The translations under genes were made by a program, and so were the position numbers. Positions 42,601 through 52,878 of a stretch of DNA of 64,000 nt are shown here, one piece after another (the first letter of the stretch is position 1; every line of letters begins with the position of its first letter). Where the stretch lies: contig JABZYV010000001.1 in NCBI GenBank assembly GCA_015264955.1, positions 23,722-87,721 on the forward strand, given 5' to 3'. The notes under the pieces were generated by a model, which was not told the origin of the DNA, did no database searches, and saw only the letters and a list, made by a program, of their open reading frames with translations. The stretch is from Streptococcus sp. GTDB lineage: Bacteria; Bacillota; Bacilli; Lactobacillales; Aerococcaceae.

Positions 42601-43619
42601 ACGCTTCTATTTCAAGTATTAAAGTGGAATTAAGCAGTAAGAGCAATCCAGATGTTGTTCTTGCAACAATGATTCTAAATGATGCGAATAACTGGAAAGG
42701 TATCTTTAAACTGACAATTGATGGTAAGACATTAGATCCAACTGTGATTGACTACCAAGTAAAAGAAGTCATCGACGAAAATTACGGTAAAGACTATGAC
42801 ACAGTGATTACTGGTGATGCAACTCAAAAAGAAGGCTTTACAATCACAAACACACGTAAGACAACTACTCATACCGTTAAAAAAGTATGGGAAGATAAAG
42901 AAAATAAACTAGGTTTACGTAAAGCCATTAAGGTTCAATTGAAACAAAATGGTGAAAACTATGGTGAAGCAATCGAGTTGTCTGAAGCGAATAATTGGGA
43001 ACATACTTTCAGCGAATTGCCAGAGTCTAATAATAGCGTGGCTTATGAGTACACTGTTGAAGAAACAGATATTCCAGAAGGATATACACATGAAGTTGTA
43101 ACAGAGGGCACAAACTCAGTTATTACTAACCGAATTCTTTCAGCGATTAAACAAGACCTCACATTCAAAAAAGAATTAGAAGGTCGTGAATTGCAAGAGG
43201 GTGAATTCACATTTAATCTATTAGATGAAAATGGGAATGTAGTTCAATCAGCTCAGAATGCTGCTGATGGTACGATTACATTTAAAGATGTAACATTTGA
43301 AAAAGCCGGAACTTACAAATTCACAGTTGTAGAAGTTAGTGGAGATGATGCTCAAATCACTTACGATAAGAGCGCCAAAAACGTTTCTGTTGAGGTGAAA
43401 CAAGAGGGCACAGAATATGTTGCTACTGTAACATATGATGCAGATACAACGTTTAAAAACAAGTATACGGCACCAGCTATTCCAACTCCTGAACCATCAA
43501 AACCACAAAAAGATTTACCAAATACGGGTACTTCATCACTTGTAAATACAATGTTGATTGCAACTGTTCTTGTAATGATTGCTTTAGGATTTGTTTATAC
43601 AAGCAAGAAAGAAAATTAA
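39672..43619 (+). CDS. Cell-wall-anchored surface adhesin: signal peptide, Thr/Glu-rich stalk, beta-rich middle region, Cna-B-type repeats, LPNTG sortase motif plus TM and a KKEN tail
   Basis: N-terminal signal (MKRFIHKLSTTLLIFTLLTNQVAPTFAYA). C-terminal LPNTG, hydrophobic stretch and basic tail. Cna-B-like units (VAKIWSGEKD..., VKKVWEDKENK...YEYTVEETDIPEGY). Prealbumin-like terminal domain. Zero Cys in 1315 aa. Confidence 0.85.
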   Translation: MKRFIHKLSTTLLIFTLLTNQVAPTFAYAQEVSEPTTVETSNTETTETPGIETTVSTENTTSEANEATATGVLGINAQIGQVKVTATNSTGSDAQYTTKNRQGDVQLDGSKVANPIIGGYIEFTYPTEYIESFTVATGGPVKSVDNSTPGLLKVYLSDITQTTTASFPFTFEFKDRVTPEGYTFSPKIVLKDSTGNTLKEVTDTLTYKVKVDKQSLFKYNGTNTTQAYTIDNRDIYGGKATGEAISKAADVTFQFSLSTNTAGGGQTQNWGNGKAQTRAAKSITITDTLPTYQKADGTTGTAVFDPAKNPGWTLNADGTVSKTITGSDTLNDTNSEAELALREERLVLSFPDAKTKTNIVNNAKTELTFIQQGESEPKLTVSDDIQFKLIGQLISDSSFRKSNNDKQTLNVDAGAPDTSVATWILGFTNTSPSTISELTLVDEDLDERMYFYSVGSPVSNAPFDMDVYGVKADGTEVKLGSIAKGSKQIVIVDEDAYNKVTNQAKQIYAGTLKKDAYQKVNRTYDSIKIKLQDGKVLQAGEITSTFIQTKLLNPFDETERKDPVRYNNSMHAEGLVDGYGEDGKFSTNKSTSYEDVRVKEEEIRISKMTRSNPTGNLGEVVEYSVTADFSNLSVNRRVNGAQVIDVLPEGITYEGYYIDKKEHRNMVKGEPRVVENYNGSGRQAVIFELKDLDFYNDKTIGRDFTAIVSATITKEAMPTAVQKADDYKKNTDNHVFLVAKEFSPLASNVTSQTMLDNVFKIETPDGKVPDRIVAAKSSTIVNLPTEIRSEKFISKSDGSWTQELVQHNYGQEYKYQLQTKNYSTYDIETFTLYDRLPYVGDKNGSGFTPVLTKALDVESKYTVYYHTSTTLPATPYDATQSSGWVTADQVADFTKVTAIKIVLNKGEKIVPGEVVNFQVDMKTPEYTDGATDTLTATNVFYTNRDAENPKVFGETNAVSNQLPQYIPVAKIWSGEKDASISSIKVELSSKSNPDVVLATMILNDANNWKGIFKLTIDGKTLDPTVIDYQVKEVIDENYGKDYDTVITGDATQKEGFTITNTRKTTTHTVKKVWEDKENKLGLRKAIKVQLKQNGENYGEAIELSEANNWEHTFSELPESNNSVAYEYTVEETDIPEGYTHEVVTEGTNSVITNRILSAIKQDLTFKKELEGRELQEGEFTFNLLDENGNVVQSAQNAADGTITFKDVTFEKAGTYKFTVVEVSGDDAQITYDKSAKNVSVEVKQEGTEYVATVTYDADTTFKNKYTAPAIPTPEPSKPQKDLPNTGTSSLVNTMLIATVLVMIALGFVYTSKKEN

Positions 43620-43633
43620 TCATATAATTTTGA

Positions 43634-43672
43634 AAACATCGATTAGTCATAAGACTAGTCGATGTTTTTATT
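43634..43672 (+). terminator. rho-independent terminator after the adhesin gene
   Basis: CATCGATTAGTC ... GACTAGTCGATG hairpin plus T5. Confidence 0.7.
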
Positions 43673-43720
43673 TCGCTGTTGAAAGCCTTTTGATTTTTTG
43701 AAAAAAATTCTTTAAATGAA

Positions 43721-43749
43721 TTGACTTTAGCACGTTTCAAGAATACAAT
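43721..43749 (+). promoter_or_regulatory. Sigma-A promoter of rny (TTGACT, 17-nt spacer, TACAAT)
   Basis: Hexamers read directly with 17-nt spacing. Confidence 0.55.
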
Positions 43750-43837
43750 AATATTATGTGTTAAATCACATTTAACCATAAAAATTATCAATGCAATTTA
43801 TTTTGATTAAAAATTAAATAGAGACGGAGGTGACTCA

Positions 43838-45400
43838 ATGGACTCAGTAGTAGTAGGTGGCCTCGCGATCTTAGCTTTAATAATTGGAATTGTTGCTGGA
43901 TATATTGGTTTCAAATCAAATTACGAGAAAAAGTTAGTAGCAGCTCGCGAATCGGCTGAAATGATTATCAAAGATGCAGAAAAAGATGCTGACCGTTTAA
44001 AAAAGGAAGTATTATTAGAAGCAAAAGAAGAAAATCATAAATATCGTGCTGAAGTTGAAAATGAGTTAAAAGAAAGACGAAATGAAGTACTTCTTCAAGA
44101 AAAGAGAATGATTCAACGTGAAAAGAATTTAGATCGTAAGGATGAAATTCTGGAAAAACGTGAACAATCAATTGAAGTGAAGGAAACAAAAATCCAAGAA
44201 AAACTTGAGAGAGTAACAGAGAAAGAAAATCAAGCTGAAGCTCTCGTTGCTAAGCAACAAGAAGAATTGGAACGTATTTCTACAATCAGTAAAGAAGAAG
44301 CACAAGAAATTATCATGAAGGACATGACTGAACAATTAAGTAAGGAACGAGCCATCATGATTAAAGAGTCTGAGCAGCTTGCAAAAGATGAAGCAGATAA
44401 AAATGCTAAAAATATTATTCTTCAAGCGATTCAACGTTCCGCAGCGGACTTAGTTTCAGAGAACACAGTAACGGTTATGACGTTACCAAGTGATGAAATG
44501 AAAGGACGTATTATCGGACGTGAGGGACGTAACATTCGTACCCTTGAATCATTAACAGGAATTGATGTGATTATCGATGAAACACCAGAAGCGGTGGTAT
44601 TAAGTGGGTTTGACCCAATTCGCCGTGAAATCGCGAAAATGACGCTTGAAAAATTAATTTCAGACGGTCGTATTCATCCTGCACGTATTGAAGAAATGGT
44701 TGAAAAATCTCGTAAAGAAATGGATGAGCGTATTCGTACAATCGGTGAACAAGCAACGTTCGAAGTTGGAATTCACTCATTACATCCTGATTTGATTAAG
44801 ATTTTAGGTCGTTTATACTTTAGAGCTAGTTACGGTCAAAACGTATTGAACCACAGTATCGAAGTAGCTAAACTTGCTGGTGTAATGGCTGGTGAGTTAG
44901 GTGAAGATGTGAACCTTGCAAAACGTGCTGGTTTACTTCACGATATCGGTAAAGCACTCGATCATGAAATTGAAGGTTCTCACGTTGAAATCGGAGCAGA
45001 AATCGCTCAGAAATATAAAGAGAACAAGATTGTTGTTAATGCGATTGCCTCTCACCACGGTGATGTAGAAGCAACTTCAACAATCGCGGTACTTGTAGCA
45101 GCAGCCGATGCCTTATCAGCAGCTCGCCCAGGTGCTAGACGTGAATCAATCGAAAACTATATTCGTCGATTAGAAAGATTAGAAGCCATTGCAACAGAAC
45201 ACGAAGGTGTTGAACGAAGCTTTGCGATTCAAGCTGGACGTGAAGTTCGTGTAATGGTACAACCTGACAAGATTAGTGATGAAAAAGCGATTATTTTAGC
45301 GCATGACATCAAAAATCAAATTGAGGAAGAACTCCAATATCCAGGACATATTAAAGTTACAGTTATTCGTGAGACAAGAGCAGTCGAATATGCTAAGTAA
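43838..45400 (+). CDS. rny: Ribonuclease Y
   Basis: N-terminal TM segment, coiled coil, KH domain, HD domain (LHDIGKA). 520 aa. Confidence 0.95.
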   Translation: MDSVVVGGLAILALIIGIVAGYIGFKSNYEKKLVAARESAEMIIKDAEKDADRLKKEVLLEAKEENHKYRAEVENELKERRNEVLLQEKRMIQREKNLDRKDEILEKREQSIEVKETKIQEKLERVTEKENQAEALVAKQQEELERISTISKEEAQEIIMKDMTEQLSKERAIMIKESEQLAKDEADKNAKNIILQAIQRSAADLVSENTVTVMTLPSDEMKGRIIGREGRNIRTLESLTGIDVIIDETPEAVVLSGFDPIRREIAKMTLEKLISDGRIHPARIEEMVEKSRKEMDERIRTIGEQATFEVGIHSLHPDLIKILGRLYFRASYGQNVLNHSIEVAKLAGVMAGELGEDVNLAKRAGLLHDIGKALDHEIEGSHVEIGAEIAQKYKENKIVVNAIASHHGDVEATSTIAVLVAAADALSAARPGARRESIENYIRRLERLEAIATEHEGVERSFAIQAGREVRVMVQPDKISDEKAIILAHDIKNQIEEELQYPGHIKVTVIRETRAVEYAK

Positions 45401-45446
45401 TCATTGATTGACTTTGACTCTACTGAAAGAGTAGATGTAAAACTGG

Positions 45447-45481
45447 AAACCCCATGACTAGATGTCATGGGGTTTTATTTT
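45447..45481 (+). terminator. rho-independent terminator after rny
   Basis: AAACCCCATGAC ... GTCATGGGGTTT hairpin plus T-run. Confidence 0.75.
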
Positions 45482-45496
45482 ACTTTTTAAAGATAT

Positions 45497-45531
45497 AAAC
45501 AAGGCATTCTCTAGTAGAGAATGCCTTGTTT
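45497..45531. terminator. Second perfect hairpin between rny and ponA, probably the ponA (minus-strand) terminator
   Basis: AAACAAGGCATTCTC ... GAGAATGCCTTGTTT, a 15-bp perfect inverted repeat. Confidence 0.5.
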
Positions 45532-45538
45532 GTTTGAA

Positions 45539-48028
45539 CTATTGATTACGAGCTTCTTGAGTCGTTTGTTCATTGTTATTGTTGCTATTATTGTTGTTTT
45601 GCTGACGATTGTTTTGTTGCTGGTTTTGTTGAGTCGTACGTTCCTCAGCTGTTGTTGGTTGTTCTAGTTGGAACTCATTTGTAATAGGGTCAGAACTATC
45701 TTTACCAACCGTTACAACTAGAGTTACCGATACGCTAGGTCCACTGATGTTTTGGAATGTCACTTTATTTGTTGAAACAGTTTGCGTTTGCCCGTTTACA
45801 GTGACTTTGTATTGTGGCTTATCTTTAGAGTTCGTTTGATAATTATCCCAGGTTACAGTCAACGCCTTCTTACTCTTATCGTAAGTAGCTTTCAAACCAG
45901 TTGGTCCTTCAATCTTAGTACCATAGTTCATAGATTGTTGAGTAGGGACATGTCCTTTAACAAATAACTCAGTTGCAATCATATTCGCTGGAGTTCTTGG
46001 TCCAGGTAAGCTTAATGGGTCAGATCCAATTTCGATTTGTTGTTTGACAACACTGTCTGGTTGTACCCAATCATCTCCGCTAGAAGATTCAGCCATATAT
46101 TTCATTAAGTAGTAATAAATAAGTCTTGAATATTCTTGTTCGGTAGTGTCAACACCGCCACCTTGTTCATACGGATTATCATAACCAGTCCATGCAGAAA
46201 TTGTGTAGTCGGTAGAGTAGCCGATAAACCATGAGTCAGGAATGATATCTTCATAATCACTAGCTCCCATTGCGCGTTTTTGTTCAACAGTGTAGTTAGA
46301 TGAACCAGTTTTCGCTGCAGTAGGTAAACCAGGAATAGCCGCTTGAGTTGCGAAACCATATTTGAATGAATCTTTTAGTACATCCGTAATCATATACGCT
46401 GTTGAATCTTTCATCGCTTGTTTTTGTTCAGGTTTAAACTCTGTTACTTGGCCATCACGAGTTGTGACTTTCGTTACTGTATATGGTTTTGAATAAGTAC
46501 CGTAATTACCAAATGTGGCATATGCGGCAGCCATTTTAATTGGTGAGATATCTGCACCAATCGAGTTACTTTCTACTAAATAGTCTTGACCATCATTTTT
46601 AATTTGAATATCTAGATTATTCAAGAATGACTTGATATTTGTTTCGCCAACAGCTTTAAAGGTTTGCAAGGCTGTTGTATTTCTAGAATAAACGAGGGCA
46701 GTACGTAAGGTCATTGCACCTTTGTGACTGAAATCCCAGTTGTTTAATTCAACACCGTTTGAATATGTTGTTCTTTGGTCCATGATGGTTTGACCAGTAG
46801 AATAATTTAAGTATTCGATGGCTGGACCGTAGTCGATTACAGGTTTGATTGTAGAACCAGTACTACGTGAATTGTCAGTTGCTCGGTTATAGCCGAGTAA
46901 TGTGGTTTGTTTACGACCACCGTTTACGGCGCGAACAGCACCAGTTTTTGTGTCCAACATTACAACAGCGTTTTGAATTTTGTCATTCACGTATTGAATG
47001 TAATCATTCGTATTAACGATATCGTATAAACGTTGTTGCGCTTTTGAGTCGATAGTTGTTTCAATCGTAAGTCCATCGTTATAAGGATCAAGTCCTGTTT
47101 TTTCTTGAACTTCTTTTAAAACCATTGTTACGAACGAATCGTAAACAAGTGCTTTATCATTACTATCAACTTTGTTATTATGTGCGATTAAGCCTTCAGT
47201 AACTGGAGTAGCTACCGCTTGATCATATTGTTCCTTTGTAATTTTTCCATTTTCTTTCATGGAATAGAGTACTAAGTCACGACGTTCTTTTGCTTGATCA
47301 GCATTAGCATATGGGTCATATGAATTAGGGGCTTGTGGCATACCAGCAAGTAGTGCCACTTGAGGTAAACTTAATTCAGATAATTCTTTATTGAAGTAGT
47401 AGTGTGATGCAGTCCCAAATCCATAGACATTATTAGCCATATATACTTTGTTTAAATAGTACGTAAGAATCTGTTCCTTAGAATAATTACGCTCTAATTG
47501 AAGTGATAGCATAATTTCTTGAATTTTACGTTTGTAGGTTTGGTCTTCTTTCTTCGTAGAGAATACGGCTAACTTCACTAATTGTTGAGTGATCGTACTA
47601 CCACCTTGAGTAATTTGACCGGCTTTTGCATTTCGTAGGAATGAACCTGCGATACGGATTGGGTCAATCCCCATATGAGAGTAAAAGCGTTTATCTTCGA
47701 TAGAAGTGATTGCATCCTTTAGTAATTGAGGGACTTGTTCACTGGTGATAATATCTCGTTTTTCACCCCCGAGTGAATAAATGAGTTCGCCATCTTTATC
47801 AAGGATTTTAGTTTCAGTAGCTCCTTCTAGATCACTTGCTTGAATGGTAGGAGCAGTCGCACCGTAGTAAGCGAAGATTGCGACGATCGCAATAATAGCC
47901 ACCGTCACAAAAGCGGCAATACCAATTAAAATTTTCTTCCAGAGTTTTTTCTTAGAAGAAGTAGGTGCCTTTTTCTTTGTATGACGGTGCTGAGATGAAC
48001 GGGTTTGTTCAGTATTGTTTTCAGTCAT
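45539..48028 (-). CDS. ponA: Class A penicillin-binding protein 1A (glycosyltransferase + transpeptidase) with Q/N-rich C-terminal tail
   Basis: N-terminal TM anchor, GT51 motifs (EDKRFYSHMGID, QGGSTITQQL), TP motifs (STIKP, SRN, KTG), C-terminal QQNQQQNNRQQNNNNSNNNN tail. recU-ponA operon. Confidence 0.9.
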   Translation of the reverse strand: MTENNTEQTRSSQHRHTKKKAPTSSKKKLWKKILIGIAAFVTVAIIAIVAIFAYYGATAPTIQASDLEGATETKILDKDGELIYSLGGEKRDIITSEQVPQLLKDAITSIEDKRFYSHMGIDPIRIAGSFLRNAKAGQITQGGSTITQQLVKLAVFSTKKEDQTYKRKIQEIMLSLQLERNYSKEQILTYYLNKVYMANNVYGFGTASHYYFNKELSELSLPQVALLAGMPQAPNSYDPYANADQAKERRDLVLYSMKENGKITKEQYDQAVATPVTEGLIAHNNKVDSNDKALVYDSFVTMVLKEVQEKTGLDPYNDGLTIETTIDSKAQQRLYDIVNTNDYIQYVNDKIQNAVVMLDTKTGAVRAVNGGRKQTTLLGYNRATDNSRSTGSTIKPVIDYGPAIEYLNYSTGQTIMDQRTTYSNGVELNNWDFSHKGAMTLRTALVYSRNTTALQTFKAVGETNIKSFLNNLDIQIKNDGQDYLVESNSIGADISPIKMAAAYATFGNYGTYSKPYTVTKVTTRDGQVTEFKPEQKQAMKDSTAYMITDVLKDSFKYGFATQAAIPGLPTAAKTGSSNYTVEQKRAMGASDYEDIIPDSWFIGYSTDYTISAWTGYDNPYEQGGGVDTTEQEYSRLIYYYLMKYMAESSSGDDWVQPDSVVKQQIEIGSDPLSLPGPRTPANMIATELFVKGHVPTQQSMNYGTKIEGPTGLKATYDKSKKALTVTWDNYQTNSKDKPQYKVTVNGQTQTVSTNKVTFQNISGPSVSVTLVVTVGKDSSDPITNEFQLEQPTTAEERTTQQNQQQNNRQQNNNNSNNNNEQTTQEARNQ

Positions 48029-48041
48029 AGATTGACCTCCT

Positions 48042-48626
48042 TTATAATAAGCTATCTACTGCATCTAAGTAATTTAGCGTCATTTGCAGCGATAGAGAAA
48101 TTGATTGACCATGTTCTTTAATATAGGTCAACGGGATTGATTGACGTTTTGTGCTTGAATCATGAACGAATTGTTCGATCCATTTATATTCAAGTAAATA
48201 ATATTCCTTCAAACTAGAAAAATAAAAAATAACAAATGCGATACCGCCTTGTTCACAGCACTCTTTCATATGTTCTAGCTGATGCTCATGAATATTCTTT
48301 AATGGGAAAGAAGTTTTATTCTTCGTTTCCTTCGCTTCAAAATCGATATATCTTCCTTTATACACACCGTTATAGTCGGTTGTCGATGCCTGACGAAAAT
48401 AGGCTTCCGTAATCTGCGCTGCACTACGGGCAGGGTAGTTTACTTTAACGACTTGAATCGGTGTCGGTTTCTTGTGGATGACCGCTCGTTTTTGAAGGCG
48501 ATAGAGTTCATTGGTTTGATTCAATATGTTCTCTAAACCCATACCGCGACTACTATAATTTGTTTGCATTGTTTGAGACCGAGTAGCCCGTGATAATTGT
48601 TTTTGTCCTTTTGGATATTGAATCAT
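48042..48626 (-). CDS. recU: Holliday junction resolvase RecU
   Basis: 194 aa with a conserved RecU core. Immediately upstream of ponA. Confidence 0.85.
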   Translation of the reverse strand: MIQYPKGQKQLSRATRSQTMQTNYSSRGMGLENILNQTNELYRLQKRAVIHKKPTPIQVVKVNYPARSAAQITEAYFRQASTTDYNGVYKGRYIDFEAKETKNKTSFPLKNIHEHQLEHMKECCEQGGIAFVIFYFSSLKEYYLLEYKWIEQFVHDSSTKRQSIPLTYIKEHGQSISLSLQMTLNYLDAVDSLL

Positions 48627-48842
48627 TTTATCCCTCCTATGGCGTCTATTATAACATTTTGGGCAAAAAATGAGAAAAACTATTGCTTTTGTTACCTTTT
48701 CTTAATCTCTATTCAAAATTCTTGTTAAATTAAACCTGAATAAGTCAATTATGTTTTACAAAAGAGGAAGAGTATTGTAAAATAAATGAGTATGTAAATC
48801 CATTCATCTTTAAGGTGAATAATGAATTTATGGAGGAATAAT

Positions 48843-50123
48843 ATGACAGCAAAATTCGAAAAAGTTGAAACAAATAAAGTTGTTTTAACATTTGAAATCT
48901 CACAAGAAGATATTAAAAAAGGTTTGGACCAAGCGTTTAACCGCGTTAAAAAGAACGTGAACGTACCTGGTTTCCGTAAAGGTAAAGTAAGCCGTCAAGT
49001 ATTTGAAAAAATGTACGGTGAAGAAGCTTTATACCAAGATGCATTAAACATTCTTTTACCAGATGCATACGATAACGCAGTAGAAGAAACTGGAATCTTC
49101 CCAGTAACTCAACCAACAATCGATATTGAATCAATCGAAAAAGGTAAACCATGGGTTATCAAAGCAGAAGTAATTGTTAAACCTGAAGTTAAATTAGGTG
49201 AATACAAAGGCTTAACTGTTGAAAAACAAGATCGTACAGTATCTGAACAAGATGTTGAAGATCGTTTATTACAAGAACAAGCTCGTGCAGCTGAATTAGT
49301 TGTAAAAGAAGATGCAGCTGAATTAGGTGACACAGTAGTAATCGACTTCGAAGGTTTCTTAGGTGACGAAGCTTTTGAAGGCGGAAAAGGTGAAAACCAC
49401 TCATTAGAATTAGGTTCAGGATCATTCATCCCAGGTTTCGAAGACCAATTAGTTGGCGCTAAAGAAGGCGATGAAGTAGAAGTGAAAGTGACTTTCCCAG
49501 AAGAATACCATGCTGAAAACTTAAAAGGTCAAGAAGCAGTGTTCAAAGTTAAAGTTCACGAAGTAAAAACTAAAGAATTACCTGAATTAACAGATGAATT
49601 CGCTAAAGATGTTGATGATTCAGTTGAAACATTAGCAGAATTAAAAGAAAAAATTCGTACTGAATTAGAAAAAGAAAAGAACGCTGCAGCTGATGAAGCA
49701 GTAGCAGACGAAGCTTTACGTAAAGCAGTAGAAAACGCTGAAATCGTTGACTTACCACATGAAATGGTTCACGACGAAGTTCACCGTCAAATGGAACACT
49801 ACTTAAACGATATGCGTCGTAACGGAATCTCTCCTGAAATGTACTACCAAATCACTGGTACAACAGAAGCTGATTTACACAAAATGATGGAAAAAGACGC
49901 TGACGTTCGTACTAAGACTAACTTAGTATTAGAACAAATCGTTAAAGAAGAAGGCATCGAAGCAACTGATGAAGATGTAGCTAACGAAGTAAAAGAATTA
50001 GCTGCTCAATACGGTATGGAAGAAGATGCAGTTCGTGCTGCTGTTTCAGTAGATATGTTGAAAAATGATATCTCAATGAAGAAAGCATTAGCTGTAATTA
50101 CTGATTCTGCTAAAGAAGCTTAA
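48843..50123 (+). CDS. tig: Trigger factor
   Basis: [20 protein letters not shown]... N-terminal ribosome-binding domain, FKBP-type PPIase domain (GFRKGKV), C-terminal arms. ATG 48843 sits 6 nt after GGAGG. Confidence 0.95.
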   Translation: MTAKFEKVETNKVVLTFEISQEDIKKGLDQAFNRVKKNVNVPGFRKGKVSRQVFEKMYGEEALYQDALNILLPDAYDNAVEETGIFPVTQPTIDIESIEKGKPWVIKAEVIVKPEVKLGEYKGLTVEKQDRTVSEQDVEDRLLQEQARAAELVVKEDAAELGDTVVIDFEGFLGDEAFEGGKGENHSLELGSGSFIPGFEDQLVGAKEGDEVEVKVTFPEEYHAENLKGQEAVFKVKVHEVKTKELPELTDEFAKDVDDSVETLAELKEKIRTELEKEKNAAADEAVADEALRKAVENAEIVDLPHEMVHDEVHRQMEHYLNDMRRNGISPEMYYQITGTTEADLHKMMEKDADVRTKTNLVLEQIVKEEGIEATDEDVANEVKELAAQYGMEEDAVRAAVSVDMLKNDISMKKALAVITDSAKEA

Positions 50124-50142
50124 TTTTATAAAATTAAATAAG

Positions 50143-50178
50143 AAAGCGCCGGTTTCGCTAGAGACCGGCGCTTTTTGA
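50143..50178 (+). terminator. rho-independent terminator after tig
   Basis: AGCGCCGGT ... ACCGGCGCT hairpin plus T5. Confidence 0.75.
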
Positions 50179-50255
50179 AACAACATTTCTTGTTGAAAAT
50201 AGAGACTTATGGTACTCTTAAAATGAAAAATCAGGAAAAGAATGGAGGTTTCAGA

Positions 50256-51494
50256 TTGTATAAAGATGAAACAAAACAAGTAAGATGTTCATTTTGTGGA
50301 AAATCACAAGAACAAGTAAAGAAAATTATCGCTGGTCCTGATGTATTTATTTGTAATGAATGTGTTGATTTATGTAAAGAAATTATTGATGAAGAATTTT
50401 CTTCAATGACGATGGATGAAATGATTGAGGTATTAAAACCTCAAGAAATCCTAAAAGTATTGAATGATTACGTTGTTGGCCAAGAACATGCAAAAAAATC
50501 ATTAGCAGTAGCGGTTTATAATCACTATAAACGTATTAATCACTTATTTAGTGAAGATGACGATGTTGAGTTACAAAAGAGTAATATTTGTTTAATCGGA
50601 CCAACAGGTTCTGGTAAGACTTATTTAGCTCAATCATTAGCGCGTATTTTAAATGTTCCATTCGCGATTGCGGATGCGACTACATTAACTGAAGCGGGTT
50701 ATGTTGGTGAAGACGTTGAAAATATTCTTCTAAAACTATTACAGGCGACAGACTATGATATTGAACGTGCTGAAAAAGGTATTATTTATATCGACGAGAT
50801 TGATAAAATTGCCCGTAAGAGCGAGAATGTATCCATTACTCGTGACGTCAGTGGTGAGGGGGTTCAACAAGCCTTACTGAAAATTTTAGAAGGGACTGTT
50901 GCGTCTGTTCCGCCTCAAGGAGGACGTAAACATCCACATCAAGAACTCATTCAAATCGACACAACGAATATTTTATTTATCGTTGGTGGAGCGTTTGATG
51001 GAATTGAAACAATCGTAAAAGAACGTCTTGGTGCTAAAGTCATTGGATTTGGATCTTCAAATAAAAACTTATCAAGTCACGAAAGTTTAATGCAGTTGAT
51101 TATTCCAGAAGATTTACAAAAATTCGGACTAATTCCAGAATTTATTGGACGTCTTCCAATCACTGCAGCGCTAGAACCGTTAAGTAAAGACGATTTAGTC
51201 GATATTTTAACGAAACCAAAGAATGCATTAGTGAAGCAGTATCAAAAACTCTTTGCCATGGATAACGTGGAATTAGAGTTTGAACCAGCAGCGCTTCAAG
51301 CAATTGCTGCTAAAGCGATTGAACGTCGTACAGGTGCGCGTGGATTAAGAAGTATTATTGAATCCGTGATGATGGATTTAATGTTTGAAATTCCAAGTCG
51401 TGAAGATATTACAAAAGTGGTCGTTACAGAGGCTATTGTGAACGGAACTGGCGAACCTGATTTGTATGATGAAGAAAACCGATTGATTTCCTAG
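50256..51494 (+). CDS. clpX: ATP-dependent Clp protease ATP-binding subunit ClpX
   Basis: Zn-finger CSFCGK...CNEC, Walker [12 protein letters not shown] loop (GFGS), sensor motifs. TTG start at 50256 is 7 nt after GGAGG. The ORF-track ATG at 50175 lacks an RBS and overlaps the tig terminator. Confidence 0.85.
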   Translation: MYKDETKQVRCSFCGKSQEQVKKIIAGPDVFICNECVDLCKEIIDEEFSSMTMDEMIEVLKPQEILKVLNDYVVGQEHAKKSLAVAVYNHYKRINHLFSEDDDVELQKSNICLIGPTGSGKTYLAQSLARILNVPFAIADATTLTEAGYVGEDVENILLKLLQATDYDIERAEKGIIYIDEIDKIARKSENVSITRDVSGEGVQQALLKILEGTVASVPPQGGRKHPHQELIQIDTTNILFIVGGAFDGIETIVKERLGAKVIGFGSSNKNLSSHESLMQLIIPEDLQKFGLIPEFIGRLPITAALEPLSKDDLVDILTKPKNALVKQYQKLFAMDNVELEFEPAALQAIAAKAIERRTGARGLRSIIESVMMDLMFEIPSREDITKVVVTEAIVNGTGEPDLYDEENRLIS

Positions 51495-51600
51495 GGATTT
51501 TCAGCAAAATATGTTAGGATAGAATGTGATATAGTGGGTGCATTATATTGCATTCTATTTTTTATTAAGAGTTATTACATGAATTGAAGGAGACAACAAT

Positions 51601-52878
51601 ATGAAAGGATTGAAATCCTTAATAGCGAAACATTATACAAAAGAAGAATTTGCTTGGATTATGCAAGACTGGGCTAATTCGGTTTATTCTTTAATGATTA
51701 CAACCGCCATCTTCCCGTTATATTTTAAGACGGTATCATCAAACGCCGGCATTAGTGCGGCTGATTCAACTGCATTTTTAGGATATGCAAACTCGATTGC
51801 GACATTTGCCGTTTCTATTATGGCGCCGGTTCTTGGAGCTTTAGCGGATTATAAAGGCTATCGAAATCCGATGTTTACTTGGAGTACATTACTAGGTGTA
51901 TTCTCAGTTATTGGAATGATGTTTGCAGAAACAGATCAATGGATTTTATTACTAGCATTGTATACTTTATCGGCTATTGGATATTCAGCTTCAAACATTT
52001 TCTATGACAGTTCGATTATGGATGTCACAACTTATGATCGAATGGATAGAATTTCTGCAGCGGGCTATGGATATGGCTATATTGGAAGTGTCTTTCCATT
52101 TGTATTATTTATGATGATTATGCAATTCAGTGGATTAAATTCAAATGCAATCGTTATGATTGGATTCTTTATAACAGCCGCATGGTGGTTTATCTTTACC
52201 GTTCCATATTGGTTATATGTGAGTCAAAAATCATTTATAGAGAAACCAAAAAATCCAGTTAAAGATAGCTTTATTCGTTTATGGGGAACCATTAAACGTA
52301 TTGGAGAACATAAGCAAGTGTTCTTATTCTTACTCGCTTACTTCTTCTATATTGACGGAGTAGGAACTATCATTAAAATGGCGACAGCAATCGGTTCGGA
52401 TATGGGACTCGATAGCAATAGTTTGATTGTCATCTTATTAATTGTTCAAATCGTGGCATTTCCATTTAGTTTACTTTATGGTTACTTATCAAAACGATTC
52501 GGTAACAAGAAAACATTATTCCTTGGAATCGGTACTTATATTTTAATTTGTGTGATGGCATTGTGGTTAAATTCATACACAGATTTCCTTGTCTTAGCAA
52601 TTCTAATTGGTACAGCTCAAGGTGGTGTACAATCACTTAGCCGTTCATTATTTGGTCAGTTAATTCCAGCCAATAGAGCAAATGAATTCTTTGGATTCTA
52701 TAATATTTTTGGTAAATTCTCATCTATTTTAGGGACAACATTACTTGGGATTACAGCTCAAATGACAGGGAATTCATTAGATGGTGTGTTCTCTTTAATC
52801 ATCTTGTTCTTAATCGGTTCAGTCTTACTATTCTTCGTGAAGTTGCCAACTCAGAAAGGATTAGAAAATGAAGGTTAA
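51601..52878 (+). CDS. MFS transporter, UMF1/Atg22-like family
   Basis: 12 predicted TM segments and 425 aa. The Atg22-like/UMF1 family call is an impression from the sequence, not a checked motif. Confidence 0.65.
   Translation: MKGLKSLIAKHYTKEEFAWIMQDWANSVYSLMITTAIFPLYFKTVSSNAGISAADSTAFLGYANSIATFAVSIMAPVLGALADYKGYRNPMFTWSTLLGVFSVIGMMFAETDQWILLLALYTLSAIGYSASNIFYDSSIMDVTTYDRMDRISAAGYGYGYIGSVFPFVLFMMIMQFSGLNSNAIVMIGFFITAAWWFIFTVPYWLYVSQKSFIEKPKNPVKDSFIRLWGTIKRIGEHKQVFLFLLAYFFYIDGVGTIIKMATAIGSDMGLDSNSLIVILLIVQIVAFPFSLLYGYLSKRFGNKKTLFLGIGTYILICVMALWLNSYTDFLVLAILIGTAQGGVQSLSRSLFGQLIPANRANEFFGFYNIFGKFSSILGTTLLGITAQMTGNSLDGVFSLIILFLIGSVLLFFVKLPTQKGLENEG

Noticed and set aside
45497-45531. Perfect 15-bp inverted repeat between rny and ponA, considered as a possible small RNA or protein-binding palindrome
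   Set aside because: Its position directly after the ponA stop on the minus strand, and 15 nt after the rny terminator on the plus strand, is most simply explained as the ponA transcription terminator. No flanking promoter was found.
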